Positions 1 through 8,021 of a stretch of 64,000 nucleotides of DNA are shown here, one piece after another. Made by a program: the position numbers and the translations under genes. Positions within the stretch are counted from its first letter, which is position 1. The number at the start of each line of letters is the position of its first letter. The notes under the pieces were generated by a model that saw only the letters and a program-made list of their open reading frames with translations, did no database searches and was not told the DNA's origin. The stretch comes from Bacteroidales bacterium (GTDB lineage: Bacteria; Bacteroidota; Bacteroidia; Bacteroidales; SZUA-534). The stretch is from assembly GCA_045640185.1 (NCBI GenBank), contig JAZUEN010000038.1:1030-65029 (forward strand). Reading direction: 5' to 3'.

Positions 1-1
1 G

Positions 2-1306
2 GATTTCACATATAGCGCGCCGTGCTTCGATTCGCCTATATATTTGACAAACAACTCAAAAACCATTCTGGGGCTGTCATCGAGCTACACTTGGAAATCC
101 GACACTGCAATATTCTCCACACAGAAGAGTCCAAGCATAACGTACAAAGACACAACCACGCACCAAGTGACATTGACCATAAAGCAGATTGCCAACGGGT
201 GCATCTCATCATTGACCAAAGAGATTCGCGTGATGCCAAATCCCGTGCCATCAATCCTGACTGGCAAGATATGCGAAGGGCAAGATGCAATACTTGAAGG
301 ATACAACCTCGAGCACGCAAGCATCTCGAAGAAATGGCTGTGGACAATCGACTCACTGCAATTCACAGGCGAGCATCGGACTTCAAGGACATTTGGCGCA
401 AAAGGCAAGCACAAGATAAGCCTGCAGATAACCGACAGCGCAGGATGCGTCGCCACATTCGACACAACGGTTTCAGTCCACGAGACGCCGACTGCCACAT
501 TCCGCCCGCTACCGACGCGAGGACCCGTGCCATTCCAGACCGAATTCACCAACACTAGCGCCAATGCCGACAGCCTGCTGTGGATTTTCGGCGACGGCGA
601 GGAATCGACCGACATTGACGTCTGCCACACCTATCACACCGACGGCATCTACAACGTACAGCTAATCGCAAGCAACAGCTTCTGCTCCGATACCGCCCAG
701 CAGGTCATTGAGGCCATCTACCCGCAAATCGACATCGTGCTTGTATCGGCATCGGCAAAGACCGACAACGGACAGATTGCAGTCAGCGCCGTTGTGGCAA
801 ACCGTAGCAACTACGACATTCCGAACGTATCCATACTATGGTACGACAACGTAGGCCACCGCATAAGCGAAACCATAGCCGACACCATAAAGCAAGGCAA
901 GATAGTGCAATACGAATTCGTTGCCAAAATAGGCGAGGCAAGACCCGACAGGATACAATACATCTGCGTCTCGGCCGAGCCATCTACCGCCTACACCGAC
1001 GACACCCCGTCAGACAACGAATACTGCATCATCTTCAACAAAGACGAGTTCAGCGTATGCCAGCCAATGCCGAACCCCGCAAAAGACAAGCTGGCCATCA
1101 GCTACATCCTTCCGAACGACGGGAATGTCAGAATCGAGCTATACAACCACAACGGTGGCAAAATCGGCAATCTGTACGACAGCCAAGCCTCGGCAGGCTA
1201 CAACGTGCACAATTTCGATGTCAGCACACTGAACCCAGGAATCTACTTCTACCGCATAACAAGCGGCAACGAGAGCAAGACCCAGATGCTGATAATAGAA
1301 AGATAG
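2..1306 (+). CDS. secreted PKD-repeat protein with T9SS C-terminal sorting domain (5' partial, continues left of the window)
   Basis: The frame is open from nt 2; the track start at 44 is a TTG with no upstream stop. PKD-type signature WIFGDGEES..CHTYHTDGIYNVQLIASN. The last ~75 aa (VRIELYNHNGGKIGNLY...GIYFYRITSGNESKTQMLII) look like a T9SS type-A sorting domain. Confidence 0.75.
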   Translation, partial: DFTYSAPCFDSPIYLTNNSKTILGLSSSYTWKSDTAIFSTQKSPSITYKDTTTHQVTLTIKQIANGCISSLTKEIRVMPNPVPSILTGKICEGQDAILEGYNLEHASISKKWLWTIDSLQFTGEHRTSRTFGAKGKHKISLQITDSAGCVATFDTTVSVHETPTATFRPLPTRGPVPFQTEFTNTSANADSLLWIFGDGEESTDIDVCHTYHTDGIYNVQLIASNSFCSDTAQQVIEAIYPQIDIVLVSASAKTDNGQIAVSAVVANRSNYDIPNVSILWYDNVGHRISETIADTIKQGKIVQYEFVAKIGEARPDRIQYICVSAEPSTAYTDDTPSDNEYCIIFNKDEFSVCQPMPNPAKDKLAISYILPNDGNVRIELYNHNGGKIGNLYDSQASAGYNVHNFDVSTLNPGIYFYRITSGNESKTQMLIIER

Positions 1307-1493
1307 GCAGGATGCATAAAACGGCATCGGTTTTCAACACCTTGCGCGACAAAAATGACATCCAGAAAGAGGATAATGCAGTGTTAAACTGATTGCACAA
1401 TGTTGGGAACAATTGTTAACACTCTAACAATCAGCGCGGACAACATATCAACAAAATGTTGTCAATAATAATTGCGCAATTGATATAATGTTG

Positions 1494-1501
1494 TATTTTT
1501 G
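1494..1501 (+). promoter_or_regulatory. candidate Bacteroidota -7 promoter box for the rplM-rpsI operon
   Basis: TATTTTTG matches TAnnTTTG, 62 nt upstream of the rplM start. The same tatttttgc string precedes tRNA-Asn and the MATE gene. Confidence 0.5.
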
Positions 1502-1505
1502 CAGA

Positions 1506-1525
1506 CCACATTTGGGGAAATGTGG
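1506..1525 (+). promoter_or_regulatory. 5' leader hairpin upstream of rplM
   Basis: Perfect 8-bp stem ccacattt/aaatgtgg with a GGGG loop, located between the -7 box and the rplM start. Confidence 0.4.
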
Positions 1526-1562
1526 ATAGTATTTATTTATTAATTAAAAAGTTAGGATTAGA

Positions 1563-2018
1563 GTGGACACACTTAGTTTAAAGACAATCTCGGCAAACAA
1601 GGCAACCGTTGACAAAAAATGGGTTGTTATCGACGCCAAAGACCAAGTCTTAGGCCGTCTTGCCACAGGTGCTGCTTTCTTGCTAAGAGGCAAGCACAAG
1701 ACCAACTTTACTCCTCACGTTGACTGCGGTGACAACGTCATCATCATCAACGCTGACAAAGTTCAGCTTACAGGCAACAAGTGGGCAGGTAAAGAGTACA
1801 CACACTACACCGGTTATCCTGGTGGACAACGTACTATCGTTGCAGAGAAATTGATGGTCAAGAACCCAATCGCAATGGTAGAAACAGCAGTAAAAGGCAT
1901 GTTGCCAAAGAACAAGCTTGGCGCAGCTTTATACCGCAATCTTTTTGTTTATGCAGGTGAGAGCCATCCACACGAAGCTCAAAAACCTGAATTGATTAAC
2001 CTAAATTCAATCAAGTAA
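1563..2018 (+). CDS. rplM: 50S ribosomal protein L13
   Basis: GTG start. The N-terminus MDTLSLKTISANKATVDKKWVVIDA..VLGRLA and the length (151 aa) are typical of L13. It is followed 1 nt later by rpsI. Confidence 0.97.
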   Translation: MDTLSLKTISANKATVDKKWVVIDAKDQVLGRLATGAAFLLRGKHKTNFTPHVDCGDNVIIINADKVQLTGNKWAGKEYTHYTGYPGGQRTIVAEKLMVKNPIAMVETAVKGMLPKNKLGAALYRNLFVYAGESHPHEAQKPELINLNSIK

Positions 2019-2019
2019 A

Positions 2020-2406
2020 ATGGAAGTAATTAATGCAGTTGGACGTAGAAAGTCCGCTATCGCACGCGTTTACTTGAGCCAAGGTGCAGGCAATGTAACA
2101 ATCAACGGCAAGGATTTCAAGGAATATTTTCCTATCGACACCTTGCAATACATTGTAATGCAACCATTCGGCGTGTTGTCATTGAACGGCAAGTTCGACG
2201 TTAAGGCCATCATCGACGGTGGCGGTGTTAAGGGACAGGCAGAAGCCGTTCGTCTTGGAATCACCCGCGCCCTGATGAAACTCGACGCTGACAACCGCAA
2301 GCCATTGAAGGCTGCCGGATTTGTTACCCGCGACCCACGTGAGGTTGAGCGTAAGAAACCTGGTCAGAAGAAGGCTCGCAAGAGATTCCAGTTCAGTAAG
2401 CGTTAA
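2020..2406 (+). CDS. rpsI: 30S ribosomal protein S9
   Basis: 128 aa. GRRKSAIARV near the N-terminus and a basic C-terminus ..KKARKRFQFSKR. Conserved rplM-rpsI pairing. Confidence 0.97.
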   Translation: MEVINAVGRRKSAIARVYLSQGAGNVTINGKDFKEYFPIDTLQYIVMQPFGVLSLNGKFDVKAIIDGGGVKGQAEAVRLGITRALMKLDADNRKPLKAAGFVTRDPREVERKKPGQKKARKRFQFSKR

Positions 2407-2517
2407 TGATGCTGCACGAGAATATCGTTTAGTATCTAAATTGTTAAGACTTCTGAAACCGCAGAACTACTTAACGATTGCTTTTACAACAAGAATGTAA
2501 ACGAAAAATTTAAAAAA

Positions 2518-3339
2518 ATGTCTAGAGTTAATTTTCAAGAATTATTGGACGCAGGTGCACACTTCGGACACCTGAAAAGAAAATGGAATCCCGCTATGGC
2601 TCCATACATCTTCATGGAGAAAAACGGAATCCACATCATCGACCTTCACAAGACAGTTGCAAAGGTTGATGAAGCCGCTACAGCACTTAAGCAAATAGCA
2701 AAATCTGGTCGCAAAATCCTTTTTGTTGCAACCAAGAAACAAGCAAAAGACATACTTGCCGAACAAGTTAAAAAAATCAATATGCCATACGTATCAGAGC
2801 GCTGGTCAGGTGGCATGCTGACAAACTTCCCCACAGTTCGCAAGGCAGTCAAGAAAATGGGCACATTTGACAAAATGGAACAAGACGGTACCTTGGATCA
2901 CTTGTCAAAGCGTGAAAGACTGCAAATCGACCGTCAACGCAGCAAACTGAACAAGACACTGGGCAGCATAGCTGACCTTACCCGTCTGCCAGCAGCTTTG
3001 TTTGTAATCGACGTTCAAAAAGAAAAGATCGCCGTAGCTGAGGCACATCGCCTGCAGATACCTGTATTCGCTATGGTTGACACAAACTCAGATCCTAACA
3101 TTGTAGACTACGCAATTCCTTGCAACGACGACGCTGCAAAAGCCATTTCATTGGTTCTAGGCGCTGTTTGCGACGCTATTCAGGAAGGCTTGGCTGAACG
3201 CAAAGTCGAAAAAGACAAAGAGCCTGCTGAAGAAGAGCAAAAGCCAGCAAAAGGCGGAAAGAAATCAGCAGCAAAGAAAGCCGCTGACGCAGAGGAAGAA
3301 GTAGCTAACGAAAAAGAAACCGAGGAATCGGCTGAATAA
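2518..3339 (+). CDS. rpsB: 30S ribosomal protein S2
   Basis: LLDAGAHFGH..RWNPKM-like N-terminus, an acidic/lysine-rich tail, and tsf immediately downstream. Confidence 0.97.
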   Translation: MSRVNFQELLDAGAHFGHLKRKWNPAMAPYIFMEKNGIHIIDLHKTVAKVDEAATALKQIAKSGRKILFVATKKQAKDILAEQVKKINMPYVSERWSGGMLTNFPTVRKAVKKMGTFDKMEQDGTLDHLSKRERLQIDRQRSKLNKTLGSIADLTRLPAALFVIDVQKEKIAVAEAHRLQIPVFAMVDTNSDPNIVDYAIPCNDDAAKAISLVLGAVCDAIQEGLAERKVEKDKEPAEEEQKPAKGGKKSAAKKAADAEEEVANEKETEESAE

Positions 3340-3358
3340 TTAAAAAACGAATACGATT

Positions 3359-4357
3359 ATGTCAATATCAGCATCTGACGTAGCAAAATTGCGCAAGACC
3401 ACCGGCGCTGGAATGATGGACTGCAAAAAGGCCTTGACAGAGGCTAACGGCGACTTCGACCGTGCAATCCAGATTATCCGCGAAAAAGGACAAGCCGTAG
3501 CAAGCAAGCGCGCTGACCGCGAAGCTTCTGAAGGCAATGTCATCGCGAAAGTCACCAACGACGGCAAATTCGGCGCTCTTATTGCTCTTAACTGCGAGAC
3601 CGACTTTGTTGCAAAGAACGAAGACTTCGTTAAGCTTGCACACGAAATATGCGACTTGGCCTTGGCTCAAAAGCCTGCCAACCTTGATGCACTTAAGGCT
3701 CTTCCTTTTAAGGACGGCAAGACCGTAGAAGGCATCATCACCGAGCAAGTCGGCATCATTGGCGAAAAGCTTGAATTGGCTTGCTACGAGTCAATTTCGG
3801 GCGAGGCTGTTTACCCATACATCCACATGGGCAACAAATTGGCTTCATTGGTAAGCTTCAACAAGGCTGGCATCGATGCACAAGTCTACAAAGACGTTGC
3901 AATGCAAGTTGCCGCAATGAACCCTGTATCTCTTAGCAAAGACGATGTTCCTGCAGCTGTCATCGAAAACGAGATGACTGTAGCCATCGAGAAGACTAAA
4001 GAGGAACAAGTTGAAAAAGCTGTGGAAGTCGCATTGAAGAAAGCTGGCATCAACCCTGCCCACGTTGATTCAGATGAGCACATTGAATCAAACACAGCAA
4101 AAGGCTGGCTTACTCCTGAGCAGGCTCAACAAGCCCGCGACATTAAGGCAAAAGTATCTGTTGAAGCAGCTGCCAACCTTAAGGAGCAAATGATCCAGAA
4201 CATCGCTCAAGGCCGTATGAACAAATTCTTCAAGGAAAGCACCTTGTTGAACCAGGCATTTGTCAAGGACGCCAAGATAAGCGTTGCACAAATGATGGAA
4301 ACAGCTTCAAAGGGCTTGACTTGCACTGGTTTCAAACGCCACGCTTTGAAAGACTAA
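3359..4357 (+). CDS. tsf: translation elongation factor Ts
   Basis: N-terminal UBA-like motif VAKLRKTTGAGMMDCKKAL..ANGDFDRAI. 332 aa, in the rpsB-tsf arrangement. Confidence 0.96.
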   Translation: MSISASDVAKLRKTTGAGMMDCKKALTEANGDFDRAIQIIREKGQAVASKRADREASEGNVIAKVTNDGKFGALIALNCETDFVAKNEDFVKLAHEICDLALAQKPANLDALKALPFKDGKTVEGIITEQVGIIGEKLELACYESISGEAVYPYIHMGNKLASLVSFNKAGIDAQVYKDVAMQVAAMNPVSLSKDDVPAAVIENEMTVAIEKTKEEQVEKAVEVALKKAGINPAHVDSDEHIESNTAKGWLTPEQAQQARDIKAKVSVEAAANLKEQMIQNIAQGRMNKFFKESTLLNQAFVKDAKISVAQMMETASKGLTCTGFKRHALKD

Positions 4358-4383
4358 CATCAATCTTTCAGAATACAGAAAAA

Positions 4384-4408
4384 GGATGCCAATGGCATCC
4401 TTTTTTTT
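4384..4408. terminator. bidirectional rho-independent terminator (tsf / S46 peptidase convergent pair)
   Basis: The ggatgcc-aat-ggcatcc hairpin is followed by T8 on the + strand and preceded by A5, which reads as a T-run on the - strand. Confidence 0.8.
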
Positions 4409-4482
4409 GTATAGTCAATTTCGATAAAAGGTTCAGCGACAAAACGCCAAATGGATTGGGCAATTTAGGGCCCATCCACCCT

Positions 4483-6612
4483 TTAATTTTTCGATGACTT
4501 CAGCGTAAGTTCGTCTACCAGATTCTGTGCGCCGGCAAACTTGTCTATCATGAGCAGCACGTAGCGAATATCGACCGCTATGCACTTCTGTATGCCACGC
4601 TCAAATGCGATATCGCCACTCATTGCTTCCCAATTGCCATCAAAAGCGAGGCCAATGAGTTCGCCATTGGCATTAATGACAGGGCTTCCGGAATTGCCTC
4701 CCGTTATGTCGTTGTCAGTCAAGAAGCACACGTTTAACGTGCCGTCGGCATTCCCGTATCGGCCATAATCCTTCTTTGCGTACAGCTCCTTGAGCCTAGG
4801 CGAAACGTTGAATTCACGCACTGAGGTGTCCTCCTTCTCCATCACTCCGTCAAGAGTTGTCCAATAGTCGTACGACACGGCATCGGCTGGCTTATAGCCT
4901 GATATTGTTCCGTAAGTCAGGCGCATCGTGCTGTTGGCATCGGAATAGAACAGGCTATCCGGATTCATTTCCATCATACCGCCGACAAACAAGCGCATTC
5001 CATCGTATAGAGAAGCGTATTCCATATGATCAGTCACTGACGAATACGTGTCAAAAATGCTCTGTGCAACCTTGTAAATAGGGTCCTTGCTTATTGTACT
5101 TGCATTTGGCTTCTTGACGAATTTGAGAAATTTCTCCTGACTGCAGAAAATAGACCTTTCAAACATGTTGTCGACAAACTTGTCAATGCCAACCTTGGAG
5201 GCTTCGGACATATAGGTTGGAAGGAACTCTGCATCCACATCCGTCAAATACATCTTAATCATGGCTTTGGTAACGTGTCGGTCAACCGTTGCGCTGTAGT
5301 CCTTAAAGAAATCGTCAGCATGTTTCAGCAATGTCGAGTCCGCTTTTTTGCCGACAGCCATGCCTGCAATGGATTTTCGGTTCTTGATGGCGAAATATAT
5401 GGCTTCGCAGCCTTGCATCTGGTTTTCTGTGATATACGAATAAGCCTTTTCGTAGGCATCGGTAAGCGCCGTGCTGCTCTCCACCATATTAAGCGCGTTG
5501 CCGTATTTCAGCTTTCGCGCTTCATCGGCATTGACCCACTGCATGAATTTGTCCTCGATATTGCGTTTCTTTTCAATCACATGCAGGCGCTTCACACCAC
5601 GGTTTTCGCCTATTGAATATTTCCAGTAGTTTGAAGATGACGCGAATTTGGCAGAGTACTGAATCCGCACCTTCTCGTCGGCATCCATATATTCCTTCCA
5701 AATGGATTGCTTGGCACCGCGCACCTTTTCACGTATCACATTTTCCCCCATCATCTGTTCCACCTCCCACGACGACACGTACCTTTCGGTGGAACCCGGG
5801 TATCCCATGACGAGCGTGAAATCATTTTCGGCATAACCGTCAAGAGAGATGGGCAATGAATATTTAGGATGGTATGGCACGTTTTCCTCCGAGTATTCGG
5901 CGGGAGAGCCGTCAGGCGCGCAATAAACACGGAACATCGAAAAATCGCAAGTATGACGAGGCCACATCCAGTTGTCGGTATCGGCGCCGTATTTTCCCTC
6001 CGACTCTGGAGGGGCGGCGACAAGACGCACATCCTTGAACACCTCGTAAACAAACAAGTAATAGGCGTTATCATAAAACATGTCATATACATCCGCCTCA
6101 TAATTGGTTCCCCCGACAGCCTCGGAAATGATGACTTCGCTGATGCTGTCAACGATAGACAGGCGCTGCTCAAATGGCACGTCATCTGGCATTGAATCCA
6201 AAATGCGAGAGGTGACATCCTCTATGCGCACAAGCAACCATGCTGTCTTGCCGGGATTGGGCAGCTCCTCGTCCTTGCTTTTTGCGAAAAAGCCATTGGC
6301 AAGCAAATTGTTTTCGACCGTGCTATGGCTTTGGATCTCATCGTAGCCGCAATGGTGGTTTGTCATGATAAGTCCTTCAGATGAGACAAACGAGGCCGTG
6401 CAGCTTCCACCATCGAGCGCTATTATGGCATCTTTCAGGCATGCATGATTTATGTTGTAAACGTCATCGGCTGTCAATTTGAATCCGAGCTCGGTCATTG
6501 CAGCCATGTTTTTCTCTACGAGAGACGGCAACCACATGCCTTCGTCAGCCTTTACCGATGTTGGAGCAACCATGGCAAAGGCCAGCGACAATATTGATAT
6601 AGCTTTTTTCAT
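4483..6612 (-). CDS. S46 family dipeptidyl-peptidase (DPP7/DPP11-like)
   Basis: Signal peptide followed by the hallmark ADEGMWLP. Catalytic motifs TNHHCG (His) and GGNSGSPV (Ser). The start is moved to the ATG at 6612 (MKKAISIL...) because the track's TTG at 6633 lies inside the candidate -7 box. Confidence 0.88.
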   Translation of the reverse strand: MKKAISILSLAFAMVAPTSVKADEGMWLPSLVEKNMAAMTELGFKLTADDVYNINHACLKDAIIALDGGSCTASFVSSEGLIMTNHHCGYDEIQSHSTVENNLLANGFFAKSKDEELPNPGKTAWLLVRIEDVTSRILDSMPDDVPFEQRLSIVDSISEVIISEAVGGTNYEADVYDMFYDNAYYLFVYEVFKDVRLVAAPPESEGKYGADTDNWMWPRHTCDFSMFRVYCAPDGSPAEYSEENVPYHPKYSLPISLDGYAENDFTLVMGYPGSTERYVSSWEVEQMMGENVIREKVRGAKQSIWKEYMDADEKVRIQYSAKFASSSNYWKYSIGENRGVKRLHVIEKKRNIEDKFMQWVNADEARKLKYGNALNMVESSTALTDAYEKAYSYITENQMQGCEAIYFAIKNRKSIAGMAVGKKADSTLLKHADDFFKDYSATVDRHVTKAMIKMYLTDVDAEFLPTYMSEASKVGIDKFVDNMFERSIFCSQEKFLKFVKKPNASTISKDPIYKVAQSIFDTYSSVTDHMEYASLYDGMRLFVGGMMEMNPDSLFYSDANSTMRLTYGTISGYKPADAVSYDYWTTLDGVMEKEDTSVREFNVSPRLKELYAKKDYGRYGNADGTLNVCFLTDNDITGGNSGSPVINANGELIGLAFDGNWEAMSGDIAFERGIQKCIAVDIRYVLLMIDKFAGAQNLVDELTLKSSKN

Positions 6613-6630
6613 AACGAATCTATTTTGAGC

Positions 6631-6638
6631 CAAATGTA
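6631..6638 (-). promoter_or_regulatory. candidate -7 promoter box for the S46 peptidase gene
   Basis: The minus strand reads TACATTTG (TAnnTTTG), 19 nt upstream of the ATG at 6612. Confidence 0.45.
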
Positions 6639-6651
6639 ATAAACGATTTAA

Positions 6652-6672
6652 GGGGACTTATATAAATTCCCC
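6652..6672 (-). terminator. GGGGA-N11-TCCCC hairpin (possible terminator after the histidine kinase gene)
   Basis: 5-bp G/C stem with an 11-nt AT loop. The 16-mer aggggacttatataaa is repeated exactly at 34580-34595. There is no clean U-tract. Confidence 0.3.
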
Positions 6673-6812
6673 GATTTTATTTAAAAATGGATCATTCTTC
6701 AATCTTTTGGGTGCTTTTGAATCTTTGTCGCCATCCTGCTCGGTTGCACTCATATTCAATGCCGGTACGATTACAGGCGCATACGAGAGCTGACAGACAA
6801 GAATGGGGCAGA

Positions 6813-7970
6813 CTATGCGTCGCCTTTTGGCAATATGATTCGGAAAGTTGTGCCGATGCCTATCTCCGACGACAGAACCGATATCTTTCCTTTGTGGTAT
6901 TCGTTTATGATACGTTTGGTCAATGACAATCCCAGTCCCCAGCCACGTTCCTTCGATGTGTATCCGGGCGTGAATATAGCCTTGAACTGTTTTTTGTGCA
7001 TACCCTTGCCAGTATCAGACACCAGCAACTCGGCCGATTGAGGAAGCTCATTGACCTTTATGGTTATGCTGCCTTTGCCGTTCATGGCGTCAATGGCGTT
7101 CTTTATCAGGTTCTCGATGACCCAATTGAATAGAGCCGCATTCAGATTAACCAGGATGCCGTGCGAAGTGTTGTCGACCACCGTAATATTCACATTTGAC
7201 GACACACGGCTACGCATATACCCGACAGCCACCTCGACCGATTTGCTCAAATCGCACAATTGCATATCTGGCAGAGAGCCAATCTTCGAGAACCGGTCGG
7301 CAATCATACGCAATCTGTCTATATCCTTTTGCATTTCATCAACATAAGCCTGGTTTCTTTCATCCTGTCTAAGAATTTCAACCCATGCCATGAGCGACGA
7401 TATTGGCGTTCCCAACTGATGAGCAGTCTCCTTCGACATTCCAACCCACACACGGTTTTGTTCAGCCTTGCGCGATGTGCTGAATGCCAGATAGCCAGCC
7501 AAGGCCAGCAACGCCATTATAAACATCTGGACGTATGGAAAATATGTCAGCTGGCGCAATATTATTGAATCATCGTAATAGATACGGTTCCATGTGTTTG
7601 GAGTAAGCGTAATCACAATAGGCTCATGCTTGCTTTCCATTATTGCCATACGCTTCGCGCAATATGCGGTGTCAGCCTCCCTGATACGGGGGAGATTCAT
7701 TGTCGATATTATCTCGCCCTTCTCGTCTATCATTATCACCGGGATAGTATTGTTATTCTGTATGATACGAAGGAAAAAATCTATTTCATCGCCATCTTCG
7801 CAAATTGCTATCTGCCGGGTTGCTTCAGCCCATACCTGCATACGGCGCATCTCTTCAATGGCCATTTTGCCGGCCATCTTGCTAGTAAAGTGCAATGACA
7901 CAATGCCTATTACCATTGCACATGCAAAAATGGCAATCTTGACTATTGTCTTGTTTTGGTAAATGTTCAT
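6813..7970 (-). CDS. sensor histidine kinase (two N-terminal TM segments)
   Basis: H-box ETAHQLGTPISSL, N-box ENLIKNAIDAM, G1 VSDTGKGM, G2 GWGLGLSL. No response regulator is adjacent. Confidence 0.85.
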   Translation of the reverse strand: MNIYQNKTIVKIAIFACAMVIGIVSLHFTSKMAGKMAIEEMRRMQVWAEATRQIAICEDGDEIDFFLRIIQNNNTIPVIMIDEKGEIISTMNLPRIREADTAYCAKRMAIMESKHEPIVITLTPNTWNRIYYDDSIILRQLTYFPYVQMFIMALLALAGYLAFSTSRKAEQNRVWVGMSKETAHQLGTPISSLMAWVEILRQDERNQAYVDEMQKDIDRLRMIADRFSKIGSLPDMQLCDLSKSVEVAVGYMRSRVSSNVNITVVDNTSHGILVNLNAALFNWVIENLIKNAIDAMNGKGSITIKVNELPQSAELLVSDTGKGMHKKQFKAIFTPGYTSKERGWGLGLSLTKRIINEYHKGKISVLSSEIGIGTTFRIILPKGDA

Positions 7971-8021
7971 AGTTGCTGTTGTTACACATTACTAACGCAC
8001 GGCGAAGCCCGATATTGTGTA

